Position numbers and translations under genes: made by a program. Below the pieces are notes generated by a model, which did no database searches, had not been told where the DNA came from, and saw nothing but the letters and a program-made list of their open reading frames with translations. A DNA stretch of 64,000 nucleotides from Candidatus Omnitrophota bacterium (GTDB lineage Bacteria > Omnitrophota > Gorgyraeia > Aquiviventales > Aquiviventaceae): contig JAHFGV010000007.1 in NCBI GenBank assembly GCA_023247255.1, forward strand, positions 6,602-70,601, in the 5' to 3' direction. How positions within the stretch are numbered: the first letter of the stretch is position 1; each line of letters begins with the position of its first letter. Of this stretch, positions 39,177-49,535 are shown one piece after another.

Positions 39177-39305
39177 CCGGGGTGAGCGGGATGTCTCCCC
39201 CATCGGGGCGGAGTTGTCGCTATCACAATCCAAAATCGACAATCGAAAATTCCAAAGAGGTCATTCCTGCCAATCCTTCCGCTGCCACACAGCAGTAAGT
39301 ATCTA

Positions 39306-40916
39306 TTGCCCTATCTATTACCCTTCATGGTGAGTGTGGTCACCCGTATAGATTCTCCTGCATGGGCCGAGGGAAATTCCCAGCCGACAACCGGTGATGC
39401 CTTAGTGAGTGCCTCCATCGGTGATGCGAGCCGCCTTTTGCCTCTTCTGGCCAGTGACAGCGCATCCGGAGAGATCGCTGGCCTTGTCTTCAACGGTTTG
39501 CTCAAATACAACGAACGGCTGGAGATCGTCGGGGATCTTGCCGAAACGTGGCAGGTGACGGATGCGGGATTGAGCCTGACATTCATCCTGAAACCGAATG
39601 CCCGTTGGCACGATGGCATACCCGTTACCAGTGCCGATGTCCGATTCACCTATGAGAAATTAGTCGATCCCAATGTCCACACCCCTTATTCCAGCAGCTA
39701 TGAACTCATTGACTCCGTAGAGGTCATCGATCAGCGAACCATCCGGTTTCGCTACCGGGAGCCTTTTGCGCCTGCCTTGGAGAGCTGGATGATGGGAATC
39801 CTTCCTAAGCATCTTCTGGAGCATGAGGACCTCAACACCACAGCCTCGTTGCGGCATCCGATTGGCAGCGGGCCCTATCGCTTCGTGCGATGGAAGACAG
39901 GCCAGTTGATCGAACTGCACGCCAACGACGACTATTTCGAGCACCGACCCTACGTGGACCGGTATCTGTTCCGAGTGATCCCGGATCAGGCCACGCTTTT
40001 TCTAGAACTGCTCACAGGATCTGTCGATCTGGCGGAGCTTAGCCCGCTTCAGTACCAACGGCAGACAGACAATCCTTACGTTCGGCAACACTACCAGAAA
40101 TTCCGGTATCCCTCGTTTGGCTTCACCTATCTGGGATACAACTTCACCGATCCCCGATTCATGGATGGGCGGGTACGTCAAGCCTTCAATCTGGCGATCG
40201 ACAAGCAGGCCATTATTGACGGTGTCCTGTTTGGGCTGGGAACAGTCTCAACCGGTCCTTATCCCAAGGAGTCCTGGGCTTATGAGCCCAGCATTGCCGC
40301 ACCGGCGCGAGATTTCGAAAAAGCCAAAGCACTCTTGGCGGAAGCCGGCTGGCAGGATCGTGACAAAGATGGACGCTTGGAGAAAGACGGACAGCCTTTT
40401 GCCTTTACCCTGATTACCAACCAAGGCAACGAGGTTCGGCGTCAGGTCGCGGAATTGGTTCAACGACAGCTTAGGGAACTGGGCATCGATGTGAAAATAC
40501 GCATCCTCGAGTGGAGCACGTTCGTGCATGAGTTCATTGACAAGCGACGGTTTGAGGTCGTGCTGCTTGGATGGAGTCTCTCGCGCGATCCGGATCTCTA
40601 TGACCTGTTTCATTCCTCGAAAACAAAAGAAGGAGAGTATAATTTCGTCAGTTATGCAAATCCAGAGGTGGATCAACTGCTCATCGAGGGACGACGCACT
40701 TTCGATCCTTCGAGGCGGCAGGAGATTTACCGGCAAATCCACCGTCGCCTTTATGAAGACCAGCCCTACACGTTTTTGTTCGTACCTAACGCCTTGCCGA
40801 TTGTCCACGCGCGATTCCGTAACATCCAACCCACGCCTATTGGGATCGCCTATAATCTCATCGACTGGTACGTGCCTCGTGAAGAACAACGCTACCGTGC
40901 GCTGATGCAACCCTAA
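39306..40916 (+). CDS. Peptide ABC transporter substrate-binding protein (start uncertain)
   Basis: DLAETW, WHDG.PVTSADV.FT, PIGSGPY, VRQA..AID. Confidence 0.92.
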   Translation: MPYLLPFMVSVVTRIDSPAWAEGNSQPTTGDALVSASIGDASRLLPLLASDSASGEIAGLVFNGLLKYNERLEIVGDLAETWQVTDAGLSLTFILKPNARWHDGIPVTSADVRFTYEKLVDPNVHTPYSSSYELIDSVEVIDQRTIRFRYREPFAPALESWMMGILPKHLLEHEDLNTTASLRHPIGSGPYRFVRWKTGQLIELHANDDYFEHRPYVDRYLFRVIPDQATLFLELLTGSVDLAELSPLQYQRQTDNPYVRQHYQKFRYPSFGFTYLGYNFTDPRFMDGRVRQAFNLAIDKQAIIDGVLFGLGTVSTGPYPKESWAYEPSIAAPARDFEKAKALLAEAGWQDRDKDGRLEKDGQPFAFTLITNQGNEVRRQVAELVQRQLRELGIDVKIRILEWSTFVHEFIDKRRFEVVLLGWSLSRDPDLYDLFHSSKTKEGEYNFVSYANPEVDQLLIEGRRTFDPSRRQEIYRQIHRRLYEDQPYTFLFVPNALPIVHARFRNIQPTPIGIAYNLIDWYVPREEQRYRALMQP

Positions 40917-40920
40917 CCTC

Positions 40921-40999
40921 AGCAGATAGCACATAGCTCGATAGCAGATAGAAAATGACGAACCATCCTTCACCTTGATATCTATCTGCTATCTGCTAA
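40921..40999. repeat. Inverted AGCAGAT/ATCTGCT heptamer array
   Basis: AGCAGAT AGCACAT AGCTCGAT AGCAGAT ... ATCTGCT ATCTGCT. Confidence 0.75.
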
Positions 41000-41277
41000 C
41001 TGATGTTTTGCAAAATGCATCGAGGTTAGTGGCAGCGCTCACGTCTGTTTCACGGGTCATGTGTTATGTGTCATGAAAGACTGTTTCATGTTTCATGTTT
41101 CATGTGTCATGAGTCATGGAAAGCAAAAGGCGTACTTTGGCCGTGCTTGAGATGCCTGTTTATTTTCTGCTTTTTTCATGACACATGACTCATGAAACAT
41201 GACACAATCCTCATTACTTCTCTTTGGAAATGACACGACACTCGGTCAACGCGTTGGCTATTTTTGCAAAAGCCCAG
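41000..41277. mobile_element. MITE family A, copy 2
   Basis: Same TIRs; TSD TGCTAA. Confidence 0.9.
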
Positions 41278-41351
41278 TGCTAAGTGCTATGTGCCACGTT
41301 ATAGAATAGGTCTAATGTGTCATTTATTTTTGCGAAGCGCACTGATTTGAC

Positions 41352-42341
41352 ATGGTCACTTATCTCATTCGCCGTCTGATCGGTTTGATTCCTGCACTTG
41401 CCTGGATTACCGTTATTTCGTTTGCGATCATCCATTTGGCTCCAGGAAAACCCACCGACGCTGCAGGTGCCTTCAACCCCAAAGCCTCTCTGGAAGCCCG
41501 CCAGCGACTGGAAAAACTCTATGGGCTTGACCGTCCCATCCCTGTGCAATACCTGGACTGGTTGGGGCGCACCCTGCGTCTGGATTTCGGCCGCTCGTTT
41601 TTGGATGATCGCCCTGTGATTGAAAAAATTCAGGAGCGTCTGCCCATTACGCTGCTCATCAATAGCGTGGCGTTAATCCTGATGCTGGGCCTTTGCATTC
41701 CTCTAGGAGTTTTTGCAGCGGTTCGTCCAGACAGCCTCTGGGACCGTTGCACGACCGTATGGGTGTTTCTCGGTTATTCGATCCCCTCTTTCTGGCTGGC
41801 TCTTTTGTGTATGGCCTATTTCGGGGTTCATTTGCACTGGCTACCCATCAGTGGTCTCTATAGCCTCGATCACGACTGGATGGGACCCATAGCCCGGATG
41901 ATGGACATCGCGCATCACATCATCCTTCCAATCGGGGTCATCGTATTCGTGGGTTTAGCGGGTTTGTCTCGCTACGTGCGTTCCAGCATGGTTGAGGTTT
42001 TGCAAAAGGACTATATCCGGACGGCACGGGCCAAGGGATTGTCGGAACGACGCGTGCTGTTCCACCATGGCTTAAGGAATGCCTTACTTTCAATCATCAC
42101 GATTCTAGGGCTGTCATTGCCTGATCTCATCACAGGCAGTGTGATCATGGAAACCGTTTTCTCCATTCCCGGTATGGGCCGGCTTTTTTACGATGCGGTC
42201 ATGGCGAGGGACTATTCGGTGATTATGGCTCTGGTAACCATCGGCGCCATCCTAACCCTGTTCGGCAATCTTCTGGCCGACATTGCCTATGCTTACACAG
42301 ATCCGAGGATTCGAGTGGGGACAGCATTAACAGAATGCTGA
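41352..42341 (+). CDS. Peptide ABC transporter permease (OppB/DppB)
   Basis: YGLDRP..QY, RLPIT, DYIRTARAKGL, ETVFSIPGMG. Confidence 0.95.
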   Translation: MVTYLIRRLIGLIPALAWITVISFAIIHLAPGKPTDAAGAFNPKASLEARQRLEKLYGLDRPIPVQYLDWLGRTLRLDFGRSFLDDRPVIEKIQERLPITLLINSVALILMLGLCIPLGVFAAVRPDSLWDRCTTVWVFLGYSIPSFWLALLCMAYFGVHLHWLPISGLYSLDHDWMGPIARMMDIAHHIILPIGVIVFVGLAGLSRYVRSSMVEVLQKDYIRTARAKGLSERRVLFHHGLRNALLSIITILGLSLPDLITGSVIMETVFSIPGMGRLFYDAVMARDYSVIMALVTIGAILTLFGNLLADIAYAYTDPRIRVGTALTEC

Positions 42342-42498
42342 AAAACCCATTTTGGATCTAGGCTGAGAGAATTTTCGATTATAGATTTTGGATCGTCGAT
42401 TGGAAAACACAACAAATCGACAATCGAAAATTGACAATCGACGATTCGTTGGGCCTTAAGCCAAAAGCCTTGAGCAAACAGGTATTTTCCGCAGCCTG
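42331..42498. mobile_element. MITE family B containing TCGATT/AATCGA heptamer arms; supplies the permease stop
   Basis: TTAA|CAGAATGCTGAAAAACCCATTTTGG...GAGCAAACAGGTATTTTCCGCAGCCTG|CTAA. Confidence 0.82.
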
Positions 42499-42526
42499 CT
42501 AAAAGATACAGGGTGAAGAACGTGTA

Positions 42527-43342
42527 ATGGCTAATCTTCTAAAAAATCATCTGGCGAGGGCAGGTGCGTTTATTCTAGCAATACTTGCCTTGATCGCGAC
42601 TTTAGCGCCCTGGCTGGCCCCCTATGATCCCCTGGCGGTTAATCTTCCTGAAGCGCTTTTTCCGCCATCGAGCGTTCACTGGCTGGGTACAGATCCGCTC
42701 GGTCGTGATGTGCTCAGCCGTTTGATCTATGGAACAAGAATTTCCCTGGTTATCGGGTTTATCGCAGTCGGGGTGGCGGTAGTCATTGGCAGTGCGATCG
42801 GTGTGATCGCCGGCTTCTTTGGCGGTTGGCTCGATAGTCTGCTGATGCGCTTGGTGGATACGATGCTTTCTTTCCCATCGATTTTCCTGTTGCTTGCCAT
42901 CATTGCAATCGTCGAGCCGAGCATCTACACCATCATGATCGTCATTGGAATGACGAGTTGGATGGGCGTGGCGCGTCTGGTACGGGCAGAGGTCTTAAGT
43001 CTCAAGGAACGGGAATTCGTGCTTGCCGCCAAGGGTCTGGGCGCTTCATCGAGTCGGATCATTCTTAAACATCTTTTGCCAAACGCCATCGGTCCTGTGT
43101 GGGTAGCAGCAACCCTGGGTGTCGGCAGTGCGATTCTAACGGAATCCATCTTGAGTTACCTGGGACTCGGCGTCCAACCTCCCACGCCAAGCTGGGGAAA
43201 CATCTTGAACGAGGGGCGCATCGCCTTGGGACTTGCCTGGTGGCTCACCCTTATTCCTGGGGTGTGCATCCTCGTCACTGTTTTGTCCTTCAACCTGCTG
43301 GGTGAGGGTTTGCGCGAATGGATGCATCGTCCGCACAACTAA
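42527..43342 (+). CDS. Peptide ABC transporter permease (OppC/DppC)
   Basis: HWLGTDPLGRD, EREFVLAA..LGAS, LSYLGLG.QPP.PSWG. Confidence 0.95.
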   Translation: MANLLKNHLARAGAFILAILALIATLAPWLAPYDPLAVNLPEALFPPSSVHWLGTDPLGRDVLSRLIYGTRISLVIGFIAVGVAVVIGSAIGVIAGFFGGWLDSLLMRLVDTMLSFPSIFLLLAIIAIVEPSIYTIMIVIGMTSWMGVARLVRAEVLSLKEREFVLAAKGLGASSSRIILKHLLPNAIGPVWVAATLGVGSAILTESILSYLGLGVQPPTPSWGNILNEGRIALGLAWWLTLIPGVCILVTVLSFNLLGEGLREWMHRPHN

Positions 43343-43421
43343 CACTACGTGTCTTCGATTGTCGATTGTCGATTTCCGATTCCAATCGACGATCGACGAT
43401 TTTCAATCGGCTAATGACTCC

Positions 43422-44222
43422 ATGTCCCTGCTGAGGGTCGATGATCTTTCGGTCTGCTATCAGACTGGCGATCAAAAAGTCCTTGCGGTAGACCAAGTGA
43501 GTTTTTCCATCGAGCCGGGTGAGATTGTGGCAATCATTGGAGAATCGGGCTCTGGAAAGTCAAGCCTGGCTTTGGCCATCACCCGCCTCTTGCCTCGATC
43601 CTCGGCTCAAATATGCGCTCGAAGAATTCTTTTCGAGGACACCGATCTGTTGGAAGCTTCTGAGGCAAGCTTGAGGAATATCCGAGGAGGCCGGATTTCT
43701 TACGTGTTTCAGGACCCCTCCAGTTCCCTCAATCCCGTTCTCACCATCGGGGAGCAACTGCGGGAGACGATTCTCACCCACACCCGTTGCCGAAAATCCG
43801 AGGCCGACCCTCCGTCTCTGGAGTGGCTGAGGAAAGTCGGCATTCCCCAGGAACACCTTCGCCTGTCGGCCTATCCCCATGAGTTCTCCGGAGGCATGCA
43901 GCAGCGGGTAATGATCGCCATGGCCATGGCTTCTAGGCCGGCCTTACTCATTGCCGATGAGCCAACCTCTGCTTTGGATGTAACGGTTCAGGTCCAGATC
44001 CTACGATTGCTTCGAGAATTTCAGCAACGATTTGGGCTCGCCATTCTTCTCATTTGCCATGACCTGTTAATCGTCCGCCGCTTGGCTCAACGCGTGATGG
44101 TGCTCTATCAGGGACGAGTCGTGGAGACAGGAGCGGTGAATCACGTGTTTGAGCAACCGGCTCACCCCTACACCCGACGATTGCTTGAAGCCCGCGCCTA
44201 CCTCAGCGGACCCCTGAAGTGA
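43422..44222 (+). CDS. Peptide ABC transporter ATP-binding protein (OppD/DppD)
   Basis: GESGSGKS, FSGGMQQR, IADEPT, HPYT. Confidence 0.95.
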   Translation: MSLLRVDDLSVCYQTGDQKVLAVDQVSFSIEPGEIVAIIGESGSGKSSLALAITRLLPRSSAQICARRILFEDTDLLEASEASLRNIRGGRISYVFQDPSSSLNPVLTIGEQLRETILTHTRCRKSEADPPSLEWLRKVGIPQEHLRLSAYPHEFSGGMQQRVMIAMAMASRPALLIADEPTSALDVTVQVQILRLLREFQQRFGLAILLICHDLLIVRRLAQRVMVLYQGRVVETGAVNHVFEQPAHPYTRRLLEARAYLSGPLK

Positions 44223-44239
44223 AGCTGAAGTGGAGAATA

Positions 44240-45046
44240 ATGGCAGAGCCGATTCTAATCGCCGATAAGCTGAGTAAGACGTTTTCAATCCGTGGGGGAT
44301 TTTGGCAAGGGCCTGCAGGAAAGATTGAAGCGGTCAAGGAAGTTAGCTGTGAATTATCCGCTGGGCAAACCCTGGGGCTAGTCGGAGAATCCGGCTGCGG
44401 GAAATCCACGCTTGCTAAACTACTCGTTGGCCTGCTTGAGCCCACAAGCGGTGAGGTGCGTCTGAAAGGACAATTGTTCTCCAAACTCAAGGGATCGGTC
44501 TTACGCATGGCTCGACGCAGCGTTCAATTGATCTTTCAGAATCCCACGACTAGCCTGAACCCCCGCATGCGCGTGGAAAGCCTTTTGAGCGAGCCTCTGA
44601 TCATCCATCGATTCGTTTCAAGCCGGACCGAGCGCGTGCGCCGCGTGGAGGCGCTGCTGGATCGGGTGCAACTACCGGCTCATTATCGCCGACGATTCCC
44701 GCATGAACTAAGCGGCGGAGAGCGTCAACGCATCGGAATCGCCCGGGCTCTGGCTGTAGAGCCGCAGATCTTGATTTGTGACGAGCCGATTGCTTCTCTC
44801 GACATCTCGGTAGGTTCCCAAATCCTCCAGTTGCTGAAGCAACTGCATGAAACGAAAAAGATGGCGCTTGTTTTCATCTCACACGACTTAGGAGCCGTAT
44901 CCAGCCTGTGCGAGCGGATCGCGGTCATGCAACAAGGCCGTTTGGTCGAAATCGCACCGACCACTCAGATCCTCAAAACCCCGCAGCTTCCTTACACGCA
45001 ACTGTTACTGCGTTGTGCCAAGCTGGATCTGGATGTATACGGATGA
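44240..45046 (+). CDS. Peptide ABC transporter ATP-binding protein (OppF/DppF)
   Basis: GESGCGKS, LSGGERQR, CDEP, SHDL. Confidence 0.95.
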   Translation: MAEPILIADKLSKTFSIRGGFWQGPAGKIEAVKEVSCELSAGQTLGLVGESGCGKSTLAKLLVGLLEPTSGEVRLKGQLFSKLKGSVLRMARRSVQLIFQNPTTSLNPRMRVESLLSEPLIIHRFVSSRTERVRRVEALLDRVQLPAHYRRRFPHELSGGERQRIGIARALAVEPQILICDEPIASLDISVGSQILQLLKQLHETKKMALVFISHDLGAVSSLCERIAVMQQGRLVEIAPTTQILKTPQLPYTQLLLRCAKLDLDVYG

Positions 45047-45081
45047 TCCCTGATGGGTGCTTGTTTCTGTTTTTCTCATCA

Positions 45082-45352
45082 CTGAGGTTTTGCAAAATGT
45101 ATCGAGGTTAGTGGTAGTGCTCACGTCTGTGTCATGAGTCATGTGTTATGTGTCATGAAAGACTGTTTCATGTTTCATGTGTCATGAGTCATGGAAAGCA
45201 AAAGGCGTACTTTGGCCGTGCTTGAGATGCCTGTTTATTTTCTGCTTTTTTCATGACACATGACTCATGAAACATGACACAATCCTCATTACTTCTCTTG
45301 GGAAATGACACGACACTCGGTCAACGCGTTGGCTATTTTTGCAAAAGCCCAG
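45082..45352. mobile_element. MITE family A, copy 3
   Basis: Same TIRs; TSD TCATCA. Confidence 0.9.
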
Positions 45353-45402
45353 TCATCATGTGGACTTGCAATTGACAGTTCGAGGTTATGGAGAAGCTTA
45401 TC

Positions 45403-45792
45403 ATGAAACAGAACAGCCTTTTGCGCTGTAAAGGGTTCGCCCTCTCTGAGGTACTGGTGGCAGTTGTCTTATTGAGTATCGGTATTGTGTCGGTTCTGTT
45501 CAACCTAAGCCAAGGCATCATTCATCTGAGGGAAAACCACGGCGGTCTTGTTGCGAAAGCAGCCATTCGACGCCAGATCGAGTCTCTCCATAACCAACCC
45601 TTTGCCCAAGTGGCTGCTCTTCCACCCTTTAGCCCGTTTACTATAGGACTGGAATCTCTGGACAACGCCCAGGGTATGGTTTGGGTCGAACAGGATAATG
45701 GCAGGGCAGATATCCTGAAGGTTACTGTTACCGTTTCCATCGGTGCCGGTCGGAGTTTCCGCATCGCCACATTAATTTCCCGCTCTCCCTGA
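45403..45792 (+). CDS. PilV/PulI-like minor pilin (cassette 2)
   Basis: CKG|FALSEVLV; KVTVTV..TLI similar to cassette 1. Confidence 0.78.
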   Translation: MKQNSLLRCKGFALSEVLVAVVLLSIGIVSVLFNLSQGIIHLRENHGGLVAKAAIRRQIESLHNQPFAQVAALPPFSPFTIGLESLDNAQGMVWVEQDNGRADILKVTVTVSIGAGRSFRIATLISRSP

Positions 45793-45801
45793 AGGGTACG
45801 C

Positions 45802-46410
45802 ATGCATCGAGATTCTCTTTGGCAAAAGCAAATAGGAGCCACACTCATCGAATTATTGGTCCTAGCCGGTATAGACGTCGTCCTGGGGACCGTCTTACTC
45901 CAACTGGGAAGGACCGTTTCCAATGTGATGGCGACTATCAATGGGCAGGGTCAGATCCAACCCCAATTAACTGCAGCGATGGACGCATTAACGCAGGATC
46001 TGCGTCTTGCTGAAGGAGTGGATGCTGGTGGCGCCTACACCTTCAGCTACAACGAAGATCTGGACAGTACCGATGACGGTCATGCCACCCTCATGCTACG
46101 ACTGGCAGCAGTGGATGCGACAGGAGATCCTCTGATGCCGAGGGTGTTCGACGGCATCATCTACGATTTTGATCAGACTACGGGGGATCTCCAACGTATC
46201 GTAGACGCTTGGGACATTGCGGGTAGTCGTCGGAGTGTCTCCCCAGGCCTGGATGATGTTCATGTAGTGGGTCGCAACATCAGCAGTATCGTATTCGATG
46301 GCAGTGTTGACAACCAGTTGACCATCCACTTATCTGCGAGCAAGGCAGAACGCGGGTTTTTGTTTCAGGCACCGCTTGTCTTTACGGTCAAGTTGCGCAA
46401 TGACTCCTAG
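45802..46410 (+). CDS. PilW/PulJ-like minor pilin (cassette 2)
   Basis: QIG|ATLIELLV; ATLMLRL.AVD..G..FDGIIY.FD matches cassette 1; ends LRN. Confidence 0.78.
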   Translation: MHRDSLWQKQIGATLIELLVLAGIDVVLGTVLLQLGRTVSNVMATINGQGQIQPQLTAAMDALTQDLRLAEGVDAGGAYTFSYNEDLDSTDDGHATLMLRLAAVDATGDPLMPRVFDGIIYDFDQTTGDLQRIVDAWDIAGSRRSVSPGLDDVHVVGRNISSIVFDGSVDNQLTIHLSASKAERGFLFQAPLVFTVKLRNDS

Positions 46411-47283
46411 CGTTCATCTCAAAATCACTCTCAATTTATATCGATCGCGGCCGAGGGCTCAACGAGGCGCTGCGCTGCTTTTGTTGACGCTGCTTGTGGA
46501 CGCCGTTCTTTTGCTCACTGTTCTTGGTTATTCTCCATTCTTCCAAACCGTCATTTTGTCTACCCACCGTTCCTATCTCCGAGATCAGTCTGTCGCCCTC
46601 GCTGAAGCAGGCCTGCATGAAGCACTCTGGGAAATCAACTACGGTGGGAGGGATTTTCTGGGCTGGACGGATGTCTCAGCGGAGCCTACTTGTGCTGACC
46701 TTGGAGGAACGACCTGTTTTGCACGCAACTCGGTTGCTCTATCCGCTGGCGATGGGTCTGGACAGAATATCGGAAGTTTCAGCGTGCTTGTGGTCAATCC
46801 CGGCTCGACCAATCCGATCATCCGCTCGCAAGGATTCCTTAGGACAACGAGCCTCTCTACAACCATCCGCGTTCCCTTGCGCAGAACCCAGACGACTTTC
46901 CGATATGCTGCATTTGGAGTGTTAGACATTGCTGGCGACAGCACTATCGATAGCTACTCTGGCACCTATGACCCGGCCAATCCAGGAACCCATGGCGATA
47001 TTGGGACCGGCGCAACAAACGGAATAAGCGGTGTAGGGATTACAGGCAACGCAACGGTGAATGGAACACTCTACGCACCAGAATCCCTGACTAATGATCC
47101 CTATGGTCTTGGCATGGTCTCCGGTGGGTTCATCCTTCAGAATCCGGAAGAGATTCTAGATATTGTAGTTCCCTCAGACCTACTCAGCGCTTCCAATCAG
47201 GGCACACTCACACGAAACGCTCCCCGTTTGAACTGGACTCTGGAATAAGGGAGAATGGAGCCAGTTTAAGCGGGGGGTGGTTG

Positions 47284-47589
47284 ATGTCGAGACGAACATG
47301 GACGGTTGAGGAAAAGTTGAGCATCGTGCTGGAGATGTTGAAAGGCCAGGAATCGGTCACGAGCCTCTGCCATCGGCATGGCGTAGCCATGAACCAAGCG
47401 TATCGGTGGCGCGATGTGTTCCTGGAGCGGGGCAAGCATGGCCTCAAGGACCAACGGAATCCGAAGCATCGTGATCCCGTGAAGGAAGAGCTGCAGGCCT
47501 TGCGCGAGTTGGCCGGCTCGCAGGCCCTCATTATCGAGGCCCAAAAAAAGCTCGCGGGCCTGCCGGGGTTCGGGACCAACGGCGCATGA
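47284..47589 (+). CDS. IS3-family transposase OrfA (HTH)
   Basis: RRTWTVEEKLSIVLE..SLCHRHGV...YRWR. Confidence 0.88.
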   Translation: MSRRTWTVEEKLSIVLEMLKGQESVTSLCHRHGVAMNQAYRWRDVFLERGKHGLKDQRNPKHRDPVKEELQALRELAGSQALIIEAQKKLAGLPGFGTNGA

Positions 47590-48439
47590 CGAAGCAACTG
47601 ATGACCGAACAAGACTTGTTGCTGACGCAGGCGTGTCAGGCGGTGGGCTTGGCCAAGAGTAGCTGGTACTACCGGCCGCGGCCGCGAGGTCCACGTCCGC
47701 TGAACCCAACACTGGTCGCCGCGATTGAGCGTGTCTGGACTGAGGGCCGTGGGGTCTACGGCTACCGCAAGGTCCATGCGAGACTTCAAGCGCAGGGCTG
47801 GCACGTCAACCACAAGGCCTCTTGCGACATCTCCGAGCGATGCAGCGACTCCAACCGCGCAAGCTCAAAGGCGTCCGGTGGACGCGACCGCGCATGGTGC
47901 ACCCGACACGCAGCAACACGTACTGGGAGATGGACCTGACCTACGTCTGGTGTGGCAGTGGCTTCGGCTACCTCTTCGCGGTGCTCGATGCCTACGACAA
48001 GGGCGTCCCAGGAGCGTGCTTTGGCGATCGCTGCCGGGCGCAGGAGGCGATCCAGGCGCTGGAAGAGGCCGTCGCCGTTCGATTCAACGGGCGTGTGCCG
48101 GATGGCCACACGCTGACGCTGCGCGTGGATCGAGGCAGCCAGTTCATCGCCAGGCGCTTTCGGGAGGTGGCCAAGATGTTGAACATCACGCTGGAGTATA
48201 CGGGCATTCAGTGTCCCGACGACAAGCCGTACATCGAGAGCTTCTTCGGCCACTACAAGACGGAGGAGGTCTACCGCCGTAACTACACGACGCTGGCGGA
48301 GGGCCAAGTCGGGTGGCAGCTTTACCGCATCTGGTATGAGACCGAGCGCGTGCATGAATCCCTGGGCTATGAGGTGCCGCATCAACGCATGGTTACGAAT
48401 CGTCCGACGCTCACAGGCCGAAGCATTGGCGTTGTCTGA
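47586..48439 (+). pseudogene. IS3-family transposase OrfB (DDE), frameshifted near 47820
   Basis: YGYRKV..VNHKA then other frame LRHLR..WEMDLTY..DRGSQF..IESFF..KTE..HESLGY. Confidence 0.85.
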
Positions 48440-48452
48440 CAACAGGAGGTAG

Positions 48453-49040
48453 ATGATGAAAAAATTGGTCATCGTTTCAATGGTTGTGCTCGTCGCGAGC
48501 ACGGCCTTAGCGCAGGGGAACAACTACCCGCCGGCGAAGGTCAGCTTCCACGACTTCAAGGAACTGGTCGCGGCCGTCGAGCCGCACAGAGCGGAGCGTT
48601 TGGTCGATCTGGACACGTTCCTGAAGATGAGCCAGGAGCCGAATACGATCATCTTTGATTCTCGGTCGGACTTTCGCTACAACCGCATCCATGTCAAGGG
48701 AGCCAAGCATTTGAGCTTCACTGATTTCACCCAGGAGAACCTGGGGAAGATCATCCCGAGCTTTGACACGCGGATTCTCATCTACTGCAACAACAACTTT
48801 GAAGGCAACCAGACGGATTTTGCCTCCAAGATTGCCCTGCCTGCCTTCATCCGGTCCGGTGACCCTGTGACGGCGCAATTTCAGGTGCAGGAAAAGCCGC
48901 GGATGATGGCGCTCAATATCCCGACGTACGTCAACCTCTTTGGTTATGGGTATCGGAACGTGTACGAGCTTGCTGAGCTCGTCGACGTCAACGACCCACG
49001 AATCGAATTCGAAGGGAGCATCGTGACAAAGCGCGAATGA
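48453..49040 (+). CDS. Secreted rhodanese-like domain protein (IS passenger)
   Basis: Signal peptide; IFDSRS..HVKGA..ILIYCNN; AGGAGG RBS. Confidence 0.75.
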   Translation: MMKKLVIVSMVVLVASTALAQGNNYPPAKVSFHDFKELVAAVEPHRAERLVDLDTFLKMSQEPNTIIFDSRSDFRYNRIHVKGAKHLSFTDFTQENLGKIIPSFDTRILIYCNNNFEGNQTDFASKIALPAFIRSGDPVTAQFQVQEKPRMMALNIPTYVNLFGYGYRNVYELAELVDVNDPRIEFEGSIVTKRE

Positions 49041-49490
49041 TGAAGTCCGTGTTCCCTTATCCCAGGCCGGAAAATGTCCAGTTTAACGGGGTGCACCTCG
49101 CTCGATAAACATTGGCCAAGTGGATCCAGGCTATCCTGGCACTGATGGCATAGTCTATGGCGCTTTCTTCAGTGGTCGAGGGGTTCGAATCTAGGAAGGT
49201 TATGGAGGCATGACCACCCAGCTTCACTATGACGAAAGCCTCTACAACCTTGCCGTGGACGGCAGCGGAAACAGGATATCTACCTACCGAGTAACCTCTT
49301 GGCAAACAGAGTAGCTCTCGTATCTGTTTAGTTTTCTGAGACAGCGACGAGGCCAAAATCATAGCTTTCGCAGCGCGGAAAGGCGGCTGAGTGCGTTCCT
49401 CGACGATAGAATGCCCTTCGAAGCGTGAAATCCTCTCACAGAGCTAAACAGATACTAGCCCTCAACGCTGTAACAAGCTGAAACTACTCA

Positions 49491-49519
49491 TTGCGAAGGG
49501 TCTTTCTCGTCGGTATAAT
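49491..49519 (+). promoter_or_regulatory. Sigma70-type promoter of the marC-like gene
   Basis: TTGCGA-N17-TATAAT. Confidence 0.6.
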
Positions 49520-49535
49520 ACCCGACCATCATCAC

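Larger units (their letters stand above)
47218..49095 (+). mobile_element. IS3-family element carrying a passenger gene
   Basis: Imperfect TIRs CGCTCCCCGTTTGAACTGGAC / GTCCAGTTTAACGGGGTGCA; orfA, orfB and an extra ORF inside; higher GC. Confidence 0.85.
46400..49314 (+). pseudogene. PilX-like gene (cassette 2) split by an IS; fragments 46400-47217 and 49096-49314
   Basis: QRG|AALLLL, AEAG, SAGDGS, FRYAA, IDSY shared with PilX-1; post-IS frame YGAFFSG..*..LHYDESL..VDG..SWQT matches the PilX-1 C-terminus; internal TAG at 49192. Confidence 0.8.

Noticed and set aside
39177-39260. tRNA-Leu, often found after secG
   Set aside because: No cloverleaf, TTC loop or CCA; the sequence is a repeat also present at ~14823
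47810-47825. Programmed frameshift in the transposase
   Set aside because: The shift is inside orfB with no slippery run; a 1-nt deletion or sequencing error is simpler
49192-49194. TAG recoding or readthrough
   Set aside because: TAG is used as a normal stop by many genes here, and this fragment is already orphaned by the IS
49096-49314. Diversity-generating retroelement TR/VR pair with the PilX-1 3' end
   Set aside because: Similarity is evident only at protein level, there is no adenine-specific mismatch pattern, and no reverse transcriptase is present
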